From positions 35,163 through 99,162 of IMG/VR virus record IMGVR_UViG_3300043584_000003: a stretch of 64,000 nucleotides of DNA; one strand, given 5' to 3'. A program made the position numbers and the translations under genes. This DNA is from a virus. This document shows positions 1 to 10,295 of the stretch, one piece after another. Below the pieces are notes generated by a model, which had not been told where the DNA came from, did no database searches, and worked only from the letters and a program-made list of their open reading frames with translations. Each line of letters begins with the position of its first letter. The first letter of the stretch is position 1.

Positions 1-2
1 AG

Positions 3-203
3 TTCGTGAACACGGTCGTCGGCATCGCGTTGGTCACCGACGCGGTCAACGGCGTCGTCACGTATTCTTGGTCGGGCGCTGAGTTTATCGAACCGGGTCC
101 GCACGTCGGTATGTTCTTCGTCAACAACGGTACGACGCAGTACGCGTCGATCCTGATCATATGGCAGGTCTGCCTCGCGGTCGGTCTTCCGCCAGCCGTT
201 TAG
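3..203 (+). CDS. C-terminal part of a virion structural protein (5' end outside window)
   Basis: Frame is open from the window edge, beta-rich, and lies directly upstream of the neck genes. Confidence 0.5.
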   Translation, partial: FVNTVVGIALVTDAVNGVVTYSWSGAEFIEPGPHVGMFFVNNGTTQYASILIIWQVCLAVGLPPAV

Positions 204-230
204 CCGTTACGCTAGATCCGGAGGTAGACC

Positions 231-1031
231 GTGACGACGTATGGACCGTGCGAAGCGTGGAGTCCCGCGTGGATCTGTGACGTTAGCTGCGAATCGCCGG
301 TCGTCACCGCTGAGGCGGCCGCCGTCGCCACCGAGATCGTCTGGGCGCTGTCCGGTCGGCAGTTCGGCCTCTGCCAGGTGACGTTGCGGCCGTGCCGACA
401 GGACTGCGCATCGTTCCCGTGGCCGGCGGATAGCGCGTTGTCGTGGCTGCCGTGGCCGGGCACGCAGTGGATCAGTCCTGCGCTTGTCGCCGGACAGTGG
501 TTTAACGTGATCTGCGGGCGCTGCGTCGGCGGCTGTTCGTGTACCGCGTTATCCGAGATTCTGCTACCCGCGCCCGTTCACCGGATCGTTCAGGTTAAGG
601 TCGACGGCTCGCCGCTGGTTACCGGCGCATATCGATTGGACGACGCGCGGCGATTGGTGCGCACGGACGGCGGCGAGTGGCCGCGATGTAACGACCTGAA
701 CCTTGCGGATACGCAGCCGAATACGTGGTCGGTCACGCTGGAATACGGCCGTGATGTGCCCGAGTCCGGCCGCTGGGCCGTCGGTGAACTAGCCTGCCAG
801 CTGATTCGCGCACGAACCGGTGAGGATTGTATGCTACCGCCGAACGTCACACAGCTGATCCGGCAGGGCGTCACGATCCAGTTCCCGAACGTCATCGATC
901 TGCTACGTGACAACATGACTAGCCTTTACCTCGTTAACCTCTTTATCGCGACGTACAACCCGAGTCGACTGCGACGACGCTCGGGTACGTACGCGGTCGA
1001 CGTAGAACCAGCGCGACGGGTTAGCACATGA
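231..1031 (+). CDS. Head-tail adaptor/connector protein
   Basis: GGAGG RBS before GTG; Cys-rich actinophage adaptor-like sequence (CQVTLRPC...AVGELACQL...VTQLIRQGVT); position before tail genes. Confidence 0.7.
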   Translation: MTTYGPCEAWSPAWICDVSCESPVVTAEAAAVATEIVWALSGRQFGLCQVTLRPCRQDCASFPWPADSALSWLPWPGTQWISPALVAGQWFNVICGRCVGGCSCTALSEILLPAPVHRIVQVKVDGSPLVTGAYRLDDARRLVRTDGGEWPRCNDLNLADTQPNTWSVTLEYGRDVPESGRWAVGELACQLIRARTGEDCMLPPNVTQLIRQGVTIQFPNVIDLLRDNMTSLYLVNLFIATYNPSRLRRRSGTYAVDVEPARRVST

Positions 1032-1546
1032 TTACCGGTCAGGGCGCATTCTCTGTCATCTCGGCGCTGCTGGTTACGGCCGTGAGCGACGCGCTGGTCG
1101 CGTCGCCGGCCGGGCGACCGGAACGCGCCTGCGTCGTACCCGGCGAGATCGCGTGGGACGGGTGCGATTGCGGCATGCTCGCGGTATCACCGCGCAGCTG
1201 GTTCATCTCAGACGCGTTCCCAGATGCGTCCGACGCACGCGGTTCGTTGCGGACGTCGCCGTGCGAATTACCGTGGTTGGTTGCTAACATCGAGGTGCAG
1301 ATCGTTCGCTGTGCGCCGTCACCGAACGGCAGTGTGCTCGACGTACCTTGTGATCAGCTGAGCGACGCCGCCAATGTGTTGATCGCCGATGCATTCATTA
1401 CGTTACGGGCGATCAGCATCGAGCTTTGTACGCTTAAGGACGATGACCAGATCGTCGACTGGGTACTCGGCGAACAGGCTACCGTCGGTCCGTTAGGCGG
1501 CTGCGTCGGTACGTCGGTGATCGTCCAGGTAGCCGTGGATAGGTGA
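1028..1546 (+). CDS. Neck/tail terminator-like structural protein
   Basis: ATGA overlap with upstream gene; ACVVPGEIAWDGCDCGMLAV and terminal GPLGGCVG pattern typical of actinophage neck proteins; synteny. Confidence 0.55.
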   Translation: MITGQGAFSVISALLVTAVSDALVASPAGRPERACVVPGEIAWDGCDCGMLAVSPRSWFISDAFPDASDARGSLRTSPCELPWLVANIEVQIVRCAPSPNGSVLDVPCDQLSDAANVLIADAFITLRAISIELCTLKDDDQIVDWVLGEQATVGPLGGCVGTSVIVQVAVDR

Positions 1547-1549
1547 CGC

Positions 1550-1933
1550 ATGCCGATTAGCGTTCGTATCGAGCTTAAACAAAGGCAGATCGATCACATT
1601 TTACGTAGTCCGAACGGCATCACCGGACGTAACATGATGCGTCGCGCGAACAAGGTGCAACGGCACGCGCAGCGGAACGTGCATTCGCGCACCGGTCGAC
1701 TGGCGCGATCGATCAACGTTCGTCGCGCGTACTTCCTGGGCGCGCCGGGTGCTGAGATCTATACCGGTCTGTCTTACGCGCACTTTGTGCATGACGGCAC
1801 ACGCGGTCCGATCCGAGCGCGTGCCGGCGGATACCTCAAGTTTGAGATCAGCGGTCAGACCATTTACGCTAAGCAGGTTCGCGGACAAAGCGCTAACCCG
1901 TTCCTCGCGAAGGCGTTGCGATCCGCGTTGTGA
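1550..1933 (+). CDS. HK97 gp10-like tail completion/neck protein
   Basis: RTGRLARSI...YAHFVHDGT...VRGQSANPFLAKAL pattern. Confidence 0.7.
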   Translation: MPISVRIELKQRQIDHILRSPNGITGRNMMRRANKVQRHAQRNVHSRTGRLARSINVRRAYFLGAPGAEIYTGLSYAHFVHDGTRGPIRARAGGYLKFEISGQTIYAKQVRGQSANPFLAKALRSAL

Positions 1934-1957
1934 CACTAACGCGTTGGCGCGCTCGGC

Positions 1958-2395
1958 GTGAACTACGCTGCGCGCATGACGCTTTCCATGCCTGTTGACG
2001 ATCACGTCATGGACTTCTCGTCGCCTCGAAAGTCTCTTCGATTCAAGGTGGATGACGACATCTTTGAGGCGGCGCCTGACATCGCGGCCGAGCTAGCGCT
2101 CGAGTTCGCGGATTTCGCCGAGCGCGCGCAGGAGTCCAACGACGTTCAGGACAACATCGCGGTTATTCGCGCGATGTTTAACATGGTTCTTTTTCCAGAT
2201 TCCGCCGAGCGATTCATCGCGCGACTGCGTGATACTAAGCATCCGATCGGAACCGCGCGCATGACGAATATCATTAAGTGGTTGTATGAGGAGTACGGGC
2301 TCCGCCCTACCGAATCGGACTCAGCCTCTGCGCGTGGGCCCGAGAACCCGGACGCTGGCACGAGCTTGACGGTGAGTTCCTCAGCCGTGGCGTAG
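1958..2395 (+). CDS. Tail assembly chaperone (G)
   Basis: Immediately upstream of the tape measure gene; YGLRPT motif near the C-terminus. Confidence 0.75.
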   Translation: MNYAARMTLSMPVDDHVMDFSSPRKSLRFKVDDDIFEAAPDIAAELALEFADFAERAQESNDVQDNIAVIRAMFNMVLFPDSAERFIARLRDTKHPIGTARMTNIIKWLYEEYGLRPTESDSASARGPENPDAGTSLTVSSSAVA

Positions 2396-2670
2396 ACCTG
2401 CGACGACTACCGTATGATCGGTTTCTCAACGTCATTTACTACGCCATGCTCGAGCGGCTCGAGCGCGACGAGAAGCAACCCGGGAGGCCGCGTACGGTAC
2501 TTGATCAACAGCTGCAAACACGCGAGTGGCGGGCGCCGGGCAAACGTGTGCAACGGAAACGAGTCGATACGCCGAACGATGCACCCGCGTGGTGGAAGGG
2601 CGACGAGGACGCGTCGCAGACGTTCCTCCATAACATGGGAATCGTCATGACCGACGGGAGCAAGACGTGA
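2290..2670 (+). CDS. Tail assembly chaperone -1 frame extension (GT), probably via programmed frameshift near 2303-2311
   Basis: -1 frame is open from after TGA (2287-2289) to 2670 and reads ...RWHELDGEFLSRGVDLRRLPYDRFLNVIYYAMLERLE..., typical of GT extensions. Confidence 0.7.
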   Translation, partial: GVRAPPYRIGLSLCAWAREPGRWHELDGEFLSRGVDLRRLPYDRFLNVIYYAMLERLERDEKQPGRPRTVLDQQLQTREWRAPGKRVQRKRVDTPNDAPAWWKGDEDASQTFLHNMGIVMTDGSKT

Positions 2671-5600
2671 CCGCAGCGGGCGGCGCCGTTATCGGCGAGG
2701 CGATCATCGCGATCATTCCAGATGTGCGACGATTTGCCTCCGAGCTACGTAACCAGCTGCACTCGGCGAGTCGTGACCTGAAGAGGTTGCAGCGCGACAT
2801 TAAGCCGGCTGATCGGTTGTTTCGTTCGTTAGCACGAAACGCTACCGGCATCGCGCCGGGTATCGCGTTGGCGACCGCCGCGCTTGCTACGCTCGGCGCG
2901 CAGGCGATCTCCGGCGGTGTGCTAGCGGTCGCCGGTGGACTTTATGAACTAGCTGGATCGGCGCTGGTGATACCCGCGGCTGCCGTTGCCGCCGGGGCCG
3001 CGATGGGCACGTTAAAGGTTGGGCTTCAGGGTGTAAGTAAGGCGTTTAAACAGTTTCTTAAGGATCCTGAAAAGTTTCGTGAGATGGCGTCGAAGCTGTC
3101 GGCTAACGCCAAGGAAACACTGCTGACGCTCGATAAGCTTCGTCCGCGAATCCTGGCTTTTCGTAACGCCGTGCAGGACGCGTTGTTCGCCGGCCTAGGT
3201 AAGGTCCTTCTCAATCTGGCTCGTTCGGTCCTACCAATCGTGCAGCAGAACTTTGTTAGCCTAGCTCATGTCTTTAATGCTGGGGCGAAGGACCTGGCGG
3301 GATTCGTGCAACAGGCGAGTACGTTGAAGGATCTTAAGGGTATCTCGTCTAACATTGTTGCCGGCTTTAAGGCGTTGCGGCCAGCGATCAAGCCAGCCGC
3401 GCAGGCCATCCTTGACCTGGTTGCGGCGGGCAGTCAATTTCTGCCACAGATCGGCGCCGAGATCACAAAGCTCACGCAAAAGTTTGCGAATTTTATACGT
3501 CAAGCGCGTACGACCGGTCAACTGCAACAGTGGATCGCCGCAGGTCTTGGCGTACTTGCGCAGCTCGGTCGCATTATCGGTAACATCATCGTCGGGTTAC
3601 ACGCGTTGCTGTCGGCAGCCAAGTCCGCCGGTCTTGGTTTGTTCGATACTTTCGAGAACGCGTCGAAGGCGTTTCGTAATTTTCTCACGAGTGTTCACGG
3701 ACAAAACTCGGTGGCGGCGTTTCTTGACCAGGCGCGTCAAGCAGCGGCGTTGCTGGCACCGATGATCGTGCTGCTAGGTTCCGCGTTCTTTGGTCATCTG
3801 GTGCCCGCGCTGGTCGCGATCGGTCAAACTCTTGGTCCGGGAATCACGGCGATATTTGGTAAGTTAGGTGCGACGATCGACGCGTTGCGTCCGGGCGTCA
3901 TTGCGTTTGCGGACGGTTTCAATACGTTTCTTAAGGCCCTGGCTCCAGCACTGCCTGCGCTGGGGCAGTTGGTCGGCGCGATTGCACGATTGGTCGGTGC
4001 GTTGTCAGCAGGCTTAGGCCCTGCGCTAGCGAACGTTATCATGGCGTTAACAGGCATACTTATTCCGGTACTAAATGCTCTTACCATTGTTATCCAGCAT
4101 CTTCCTGAGGGCTTCTTTCGATTCATCATTGCTATCGGACTCGTCGGTACGGCGGTCGTCACCATCATCGGAATATTGCGTGCCTTCATCGCGTTTGCGA
4201 CGTTGTTCGCGGGAGGACTTAAGATCGCGACCATTGCCGTCGCTGGCCTTACGCGGGCGTCCGCCGCGTTCTCGGCATTTATTAAGGGTCCTTGGGGCAT
4301 CGCGATTCTCGCTGGAATAGCGTTGCTTACCGCGTTTGCGCTTGGTCACCAAGACGCATCGGATGCCGAGAATGATCTCAATAGGACGGCCGCTGACCTT
4401 AATCAGGCCATTCGTGATCAGAACGGTTTGATCGACGAAAACATTAAAAAGAAGGCGGCGCAGCAGCTCGAGGATAAGGGCGCGTTCGCGCTTGCTACCG
4501 ATCTCGGTATCTCGACCGCAGATCTTACTAATGCGTACGTCGATCAAGGTTCTTCACTTGAGGATGTTAAGTCAAAACTAGAAGGTATGGTTGCCGGTCA
4601 AAACATCGCTAACGCAACGCTTAACGCGGGCAGCGATGCGCACGCGCGTCAGGTCGTCGAGGCAGCGAAGCTGCTGGGTATCATAAACCAGCTGACCTCA
4701 GGACGTGCTGCGGATACGGCCGCGCAAAACCGGGTCACCGGTGCAAGTAACGCCGCGACGGACGCGATCGAACGTCAACGTAACGCGTACTATGACTTGA
4801 TCAACGCGCAGCAGCAAAAGCAGAATCAAGACCTAGCGGATATTAACTCTAACATCGCGTACCAGCGGCAGCTCAGCGCGACAAGGCAGGAGCTAGCTAC
4901 CGGCACTAAGACGCTAAACATTAACACCAAGGAGGGGCAGAACAACTTATCGTCTGTCACCGCGTTGATCGATGTAGGCAACCGGCGGATCGCACAGCTG
5001 AAGGCCGAGCACGCGCCGATCAATGATATCAACACGGCGATTCGACAGCAGCAGAGCGCTCTCATCGGGCTGTTGACGCCATACTTCAAGTCAGCTGCCG
5101 CAGCGCGTGCGTTCGCGGTCCAGCTCGGTTTGATCCCAAAGAAGACGGTCGCACAGATCATTCTTGAGGACAAGGCGGCGCGTGCAGCGGCCGAGTCATA
5201 TCGACGGGTACTGGATAACCTAACCCGCGATCGGGTCATTAACATTCGATTCAACCCGATCGGGAACGCCGCTGCGGCGGCCGGTGCTCCGGTCGGCGGT
5301 CACCCATTTGCCGCCACCGGTGGTAAGTTTGATGTCGGTGACTTTGCGGTCGTCGGCGAGAAGGGACCGGAGCTGGTCGCGTTCGGTCGCGCCGCGCGTG
5401 TCTTCTCGCATGAGGACTCGGTCGCTATGACCACGAGCGACAAACAGCTAACGCAGCTTAATCGGTTAACAGGTGCGTCCGGGTATGAACCCACCGCGCC
5501 AACGACCGTGTCACCTAGCACGACGGTGCACGTTAAGACCGCGCCCGAGGTGCACGTATACATCGGGAACCGAGCCGTCGACGAGCACGTTGAAAAGGTC

Positions 5601-5675
5601 ACGGTTGCACGCGAACGACAGACCAAGCGGATCATTCGAACGAAGGCACCGAACGTTCGAGGATCGTTGAGGTAA
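2667..5675 (+). CDS. Tape measure protein
   Basis: 1002 aa, Ala/Gly/Leu-rich helical repeats; C-terminal ATGG...VVGEKGPELV motif; follows the chaperone genes. Confidence 0.92.
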   Translation: MTAAGGAVIGEAIIAIIPDVRRFASELRNQLHSASRDLKRLQRDIKPADRLFRSLARNATGIAPGIALATAALATLGAQAISGGVLAVAGGLYELAGSALVIPAAAVAAGAAMGTLKVGLQGVSKAFKQFLKDPEKFREMASKLSANAKETLLTLDKLRPRILAFRNAVQDALFAGLGKVLLNLARSVLPIVQQNFVSLAHVFNAGAKDLAGFVQQASTLKDLKGISSNIVAGFKALRPAIKPAAQAILDLVAAGSQFLPQIGAEITKLTQKFANFIRQARTTGQLQQWIAAGLGVLAQLGRIIGNIIVGLHALLSAAKSAGLGLFDTFENASKAFRNFLTSVHGQNSVAAFLDQARQAAALLAPMIVLLGSAFFGHLVPALVAIGQTLGPGITAIFGKLGATIDALRPGVIAFADGFNTFLKALAPALPALGQLVGAIARLVGALSAGLGPALANVIMALTGILIPVLNALTIVIQHLPEGFFRFIIAIGLVGTAVVTIIGILRAFIAFATLFAGGLKIATIAVAGLTRASAAFSAFIKGPWGIAILAGIALLTAFALGHQDASDAENDLNRTAADLNQAIRDQNGLIDENIKKKAAQQLEDKGAFALATDLGISTADLTNAYVDQGSSLEDVKSKLEGMVAGQNIANATLNAGSDAHARQVVEAAKLLGIINQLTSGRAADTAAQNRVTGASNAATDAIERQRNAYYDLINAQQQKQNQDLADINSNIAYQRQLSATRQELATGTKTLNINTKEGQNNLSSVTALIDVGNRRIAQLKAEHAPINDINTAIRQQQSALIGLLTPYFKSAAAARAFAVQLGLIPKKTVAQIILEDKAARAAAESYRRVLDNLTRDRVINIRFNPIGNAAAAAGAPVGGHPFAATGGKFDVGDFAVVGEKGPELVAFGRAARVFSHEDSVAMTTSDKQLTQLNRLTGASGYEPTAPTTVSPSTTVHVKTAPEVHVYIGNRAVDEHVEKVTVARERQTKRIIRTKAPNVRGSLR

Positions 5676-5678
5676 GTC

Positions 5679-6344
5679 ATGTCTGAACTACGTGATCTAC
5701 TTGGCGACGTTGCGCACGACGCGACCAACGAGGATGATCTTAATTATCGCCAGGGCTACGTGTTACAGTGGGATTCGGAAGCGCGAACCAATAGGATCCG
5801 TGTACGTGGCAGTATCATCGAAAACGTACCGGTACTCACATCATCTGGCATCGTTTCGGTCGCGCCCGGCGCGACCGTTGCGATGTTAAAGACGCGAACG
5901 TCGTACTTTGTCTTAGGACGTGTCGTTGCGCAGGACACTGGATTTGTTAATCCGCAGTTCCCTCTGGTGTTGTACCCACAGTTCGTGCCGCCCGGTACGC
6001 CGGGAAACGCCGAGTTTTTTCGTGGCAACGCCACCGTGACGACCAACTGGGCCGGTATGGCGATCGTCGCGCATCCGAAGATCGTCGTAAACGGTCTGTT
6101 CGGCGCATGGACCGGAACAAACACAACCACGTACAGTCTTCGCGTCGACGGCAACACCGTCGGCTCGTGGACCGTATCGACGGCCATCGGGCCGCTAACA
6201 TTAGGACCATTCGACGTTTCGAATCACATTGGTACGATCGGGGTGTATGGCGACCGGAACGCCATAGAGGTTACAACCAGCACGACGACCGGTACCGGCA
6301 CGTACCTGTTCCAACTCTACGGCTGCTTTTTCACGGGGTACTAA
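5679..6344 (+). CDS. Minor tail protein
   Basis: Directly after the TMP; beta-rich; coupled to the next gene by a TAATG overlap. Confidence 0.6.
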   Translation: MSELRDLLGDVAHDATNEDDLNYRQGYVLQWDSEARTNRIRVRGSIIENVPVLTSSGIVSVAPGATVAMLKTRTSYFVLGRVVAQDTGFVNPQFPLVLYPQFVPPGTPGNAEFFRGNATVTTNWAGMAIVAHPKIVVNGLFGAWTGTNTTTYSLRVDGNTVGSWTVSTAIGPLTLGPFDVSNHIGTIGVYGDRNAIEVTTSTTTGTGTYLFQLYGCFFTGY

Positions 6345-7159
6345 TGGTGTGCAGCTTAACGTATGACGTGACCGTCAGTCGCGTAGAGGTTACCGCGACG
6401 TCGTTGGGCAGTACCGTGACGACCGCGACGGTCGAACGCAGTGATGACGGTGGCTCGACGTTTTCGTTTGTACGCGGTGGACTCGCCGTTCCGGTCAGCG
6501 GCGGTGCTACACAGCTGACGGTCAACGACTACGAGTTCATCATTGGTAACTTAACGTATCGTGTTCGCGGGTACAACAGCTCCAACGTACTTGTTACGAC
6601 GTTCACGTGTGCTATCACAGTGAACCAATCAGCGACCTGGCTAAAGTCGGTCGAACGACCGTTTCTCAATCGCCCACTAGATTGCACGCTTAATCCATCA
6701 CCGTTGGATCGCACGGCGCGAATCGGTCTCTTTGACGTCATCGGTCGTAGCTTCCCAGTCGCAACTACCGATGTGCGACTTGCGTACGAATTTAGGCTAG
6801 AAGCGGTGACGTTGACGTATGACGAGCAGCTGCTGCTTGATTATCTACTTGCATCCGGTGACGTGCTTTATCTACAACCTAACGCGACGTTTCCGGTCGA
6901 GGCGACGTTCGCGATCGCTGATACGACCAACGAGGCGCGGCCGGTGCGTAACCGGGACTGTGGTCAGGACATACGACGATTTACGATCGACCTGATCGAG
7001 ATCGAGGTTCCCGAAGACGACGTCGTCGGTATTCTTGCGTCGTGGTACACCGTCGTTGTGACGTATGCGACGTGGTCCGACGTCATCGCTGCACACGCGA
7101 CCTGGGCAGCGTTGTTGACAAACCTCATTGGTGATCCGAGTGAGGTGATAATACCGTGA
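6344..7159 (+). CDS. Minor tail protein, distal-tail-like paralog A
   Basis: Likely start is ATG at 6344 overlapping the upstream TAA (the track's 6107 start overlaps the previous gene); strongly similar to the next ORF. Confidence 0.65.
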   Translation: MVCSLTYDVTVSRVEVTATSLGSTVTTATVERSDDGGSTFSFVRGGLAVPVSGGATQLTVNDYEFIIGNLTYRVRGYNSSNVLVTTFTCAITVNQSATWLKSVERPFLNRPLDCTLNPSPLDRTARIGLFDVIGRSFPVATTDVRLAYEFRLEAVTLTYDEQLLLDYLLASGDVLYLQPNATFPVEATFAIADTTNEARPVRNRDCGQDIRRFTIDLIEIEVPEDDVVGILASWYTVVVTYATWSDVIAAHATWAALLTNLIGDPSEVIIP

Positions 7160-8559
7160 CGGTTACGCTTACGTATGATAACACGTTGTCGCGCGTTCGT
7201 ATCACCGCGACGTCGCTGGGTAGCGCGGTCGCAGCGCACGTCGAACGTTCGATCGATCAAGTCACGTGGACCACCGTGCGCGGCGGTGACGCCGCGTTAG
7301 TTAGCGGTGGTACGCTCACGACGCTCGACGACTATGAGTTTATCGACGCCGTGCCTAACTACTACCGCGTCACGTACGCGGACACGATGACGTTCGTCGC
7401 AAGCGGCGCTGCCGCGCACGCCGCGAACGCTAGCGTCACACCGACGATCCCAACCGGGTCAACGACCGGTGACCTGATGCTTATCCTTGCCGCTACGTGG
7501 TCGTCGGGCTTTGGAACGCCGAATACGCCGACCGGCTACCAGCGGCTCATCGATGCCGCAAACCTGCGGTTATTCGGCAAGATTCATACCGGTAGTGAAT
7601 CTAACCCGACGGTATCGTTCACCGGTACCGGCGACGCGACCATGGCAATGTCCGCGCAGATGGCAACGCTTCGGCACGCACAGTTAGCGGTCGTGGACGC
7701 AGCCGGCGTGCTTAATGCATTAGCGCAGAACATCATCGTACCCGACATGCTCGTCTCGATCACTAACGCGCTGGTCCTAGCGTTCGGTTGGAAGCAGGAT
7801 GACTGGACGTCGACGACGTCACCCGCTGGATTCATCAAGATCGGTGAACCGTCTACCACGTTAGGCAGCGATCAAGGCATCACGTGGGCGCGTCAGATTC
7901 AAACCAATGCGTTAACGGTCTCCGGTGCGATATTCACGATCACCGGCGGCGCGACCGCCGTATCGCGTGGCGTAGTAACGTCGATTCCCGCGACCACGAC
8001 GTCACAACAATCATCGATCACACCGGTGCTCGACGGGATCTGGTTGAAGTCACTGGGTCGACCGTTCTTGAACCGCCAACTAGCGTGCGATCCGGATCCC
8101 GGAACGATCACGCGAGATGGACATGGCATAACGTCATCGGTGATCGGACGATCGCTGCCGATCGGCACGAGCGCCGTTCGTGGTGCACGACAACTGACGA
8201 TCAACGTCAGCGTTCCGACGATCGATGATCGCATCGCGATGAACGTTATCATCGGCACCGGTGATCCGCTATTCATACACGCACCAGCGCGCAGTCCGTT
8301 ACCAACTATGTACGTCGTCGTCGACGACACCAACGAGGAACGACCACTGCTAACTCGAGGCTGTCAACAAGACTGGCGACGTTTCATCTTACCGTTTCGT
8401 GAATCCGCCGCACCGGGGTCAGGTGTCATTGGTAGCTCATCGACGTGGCAGACCGTGATCGATACATACGTAGACTGGAGTACCGTTCTCGCGAATAAAG
8501 CGACGTGGCTTGCGCTGATCGACCTAGTTGGTAACGTGAGTGAGGTGATCGTTCCATGA
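7156..8559 (+). CDS. Minor tail protein, distal-tail-like paralog B with inserted beta domain
   Basis: Shares N-terminus (LTYD...SRV..TATSLGS), WLKS..RPFLNR motif and C-terminus (SEVI.P) with the upstream ORF, plus a ~200 aa insert. Confidence 0.65.
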   Translation: MTVTLTYDNTLSRVRITATSLGSAVAAHVERSIDQVTWTTVRGGDAALVSGGTLTTLDDYEFIDAVPNYYRVTYADTMTFVASGAAAHAANASVTPTIPTGSTTGDLMLILAATWSSGFGTPNTPTGYQRLIDAANLRLFGKIHTGSESNPTVSFTGTGDATMAMSAQMATLRHAQLAVVDAAGVLNALAQNIIVPDMLVSITNALVLAFGWKQDDWTSTTSPAGFIKIGEPSTTLGSDQGITWARQIQTNALTVSGAIFTITGGATAVSRGVVTSIPATTTSQQSSITPVLDGIWLKSLGRPFLNRQLACDPDPGTITRDGHGITSSVIGRSLPIGTSAVRGARQLTINVSVPTIDDRIAMNVIIGTGDPLFIHAPARSPLPTMYVVVDDTNEERPLLTRGCQQDWRRFILPFRESAAPGSGVIGSSSTWQTVIDTYVDWSTVLANKATWLALIDLVGNVSEVIVP

Positions 8560-9683
8560 GAGGAGTTACCGAGGCGTTCCTCGAGGTCATTCGTGGAAGT
8601 CATAAGATCTTTTCACGTGTGAAGGTGCTTACCGCGTACCAAGAGGGACTTGCCCCAACGGGCACCGACGTACGGATCATCTCAGGAGACGTTCGCGCTG
8701 ATGCGTCGACGGACATTCGGCAAACCGTGGAAATCATAACACCTGGTAACCGACGGTGGCCGACTAAACCGAACGATCTACTTACGCCATACGGCAATGA
8801 ACTGTTTGTCGAACGCGGAATTGATTATGGCAACGGCACGATTGAGGTGCTCGCGCTCGGTTACTTTCGGATCGATTCGGTCGAACAGGACGTCGGCCCT
8901 GACGGTGAAATTCATATCACGGGTAGCGATCGCATGATCCAGATCATTGATGGCCGACTGCCATATCCGGTGCAGTTCAACGCGGGCACGTCGATCTTGA
9001 CGGTTTTTAACCAGCTTGTTCACGAGATATATCCGAACGCAACGATCATCTTTGACTTTGATGCAAGTAGTTCATTTTTTACCGTAATGCACATCGCGGA
9101 TGAAGATCGTTTTCGATTTCTTGCGGACATAGCAGCATCATACGGCAAGATTATGTTTTGGGATTACAAGGGACAACTGCGCATCCAAGATCCTCCCGAT
9201 CCGGACAACCCCGTCTATGAGGTCAACTCTGGTGTGAATGGTGTCTTGGTGACGCTGCAACGCGAACTGACGCGTGACGGTGTGTATAACGGTGTGGTCG
9301 CACATGGCGAAACGACCGACGACACCATACCACCGGTTACCGCGTTGGTGTATGACAACGATCCCAATAGCCCGACGTATTGGTTCGGTAGGTTCGGTAA
9401 GGTACCTCGATTCTTCGGGTCATCGTTCTTGGTTAGCAACAGCGGTGCGTTATCCGCCGCGCGTAAGATCTTGCAGCAAGCGGTAGGTCTGCCGTACAAC
9501 ATCAACTTCACTACCGTGCCGAATCCGGCGCTTGAGGTCTACGACCCGATCACGATTACGTCACGCGACGGATCGGTCATTCACGTCATCGACACACTTC
9601 AGATTCCGTTAACGGCCGAACAACCGCAGACCGGTACCACGCGAACACGCGTCATCCTAGACTCAGGTGAGGAGAGCTTCTAG
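8556..9683 (+). CDS. Minor tail protein (baseplate hub/Tal-like)
   Basis: GNELFVERGIDYG...LGYFRID...LTRDGVYNGVV...GKVPRF pattern of actinophage hub proteins; ATGA coupling. Confidence 0.7.
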   Translation: MRGVTEAFLEVIRGSHKIFSRVKVLTAYQEGLAPTGTDVRIISGDVRADASTDIRQTVEIITPGNRRWPTKPNDLLTPYGNELFVERGIDYGNGTIEVLALGYFRIDSVEQDVGPDGEIHITGSDRMIQIIDGRLPYPVQFNAGTSILTVFNQLVHEIYPNATIIFDFDASSSFFTVMHIADEDRFRFLADIAASYGKIMFWDYKGQLRIQDPPDPDNPVYEVNSGVNGVLVTLQRELTRDGVYNGVVAHGETTDDTIPPVTALVYDNDPNSPTYWFGRFGKVPRFFGSSFLVSNSGALSAARKILQQAVGLPYNINFTTVPNPALEVYDPITITSRDGSVIHVIDTLQIPLTAEQPQTGTTRTRVILDSGEESF

Positions 9684-10267
9684 TGCCTACGACACCGATC
9701 TTTGCGTTTCCGTATCCCGCGTTGACCGACGCGCCTAACGGTGCCGCGCAGATCCAAGCGCTTGCGCAAGCGGTTGAAACCAGCTTAAACACAACCAACT
9801 CAAACGTCACCGCTAATCAGGTAGTGGTGAATAAGTTTTCAACCGGCGTAACCGTCACCAACCAGCAGAACACGTCGGGTACGACAGCTAGCGCGGCGTA
9901 CACGGCGACGTTGACCGGCGGTACCACGTGTAGTCTTACTTTTGTCGCGCCGCCATCCGCAAGCGTACTCGTTATTAACTCAACTAACCTCGAAAACACC
10001 TCGTCCGCTAACACGGCTCTTATGGCGTTTGAGATTCGACAAGGCGCTAGCATCGGCGCTGGCACGGTTGTGTTTGCCGCGTCTGATACCGAAGCTAACA
10101 CCATGGGAGGTTCGGCAGGCGTTGGTGTGCACGCCACTGTTGCGACGCCGATCTTAACGGGTCTCGTGGCCGGTAACACATTTAACTGCCGACAGATGTT
10201 TCGTACCTCGGCGGGTACCGGAACATTTGCAAATAAGCGATTGACCATCGTTCCGATATTCTTCTAA
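9683..10267 (+). CDS. Tail fiber/receptor-binding-like minor tail protein
   Basis: N-terminal TP.F.FPYP..TDAPNG...IQALA anchor followed by a Thr/Ala-rich beta domain. Confidence 0.6.
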   Translation: MPTTPIFAFPYPALTDAPNGAAQIQALAQAVETSLNTTNSNVTANQVVVNKFSTGVTVTNQQNTSGTTASAAYTATLTGGTTCSLTFVAPPSASVLVINSTNLENTSSANTALMAFEIRQGASIGAGTVVFAASDTEANTMGGSAGVGVHATVATPILTGLVAGNTFNCRQMFRTSAGTGTFANKRLTIVPIFF

Positions 10268-10295
10268 CCTATGATGACGTTGGCTACGATCAATC

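Noticed and set aside
6107-6343. N-terminal extension of the minor tail ORF in the track
   Set aside because: Overlaps the upstream gene; homology with its paralog begins at ATG 6344.
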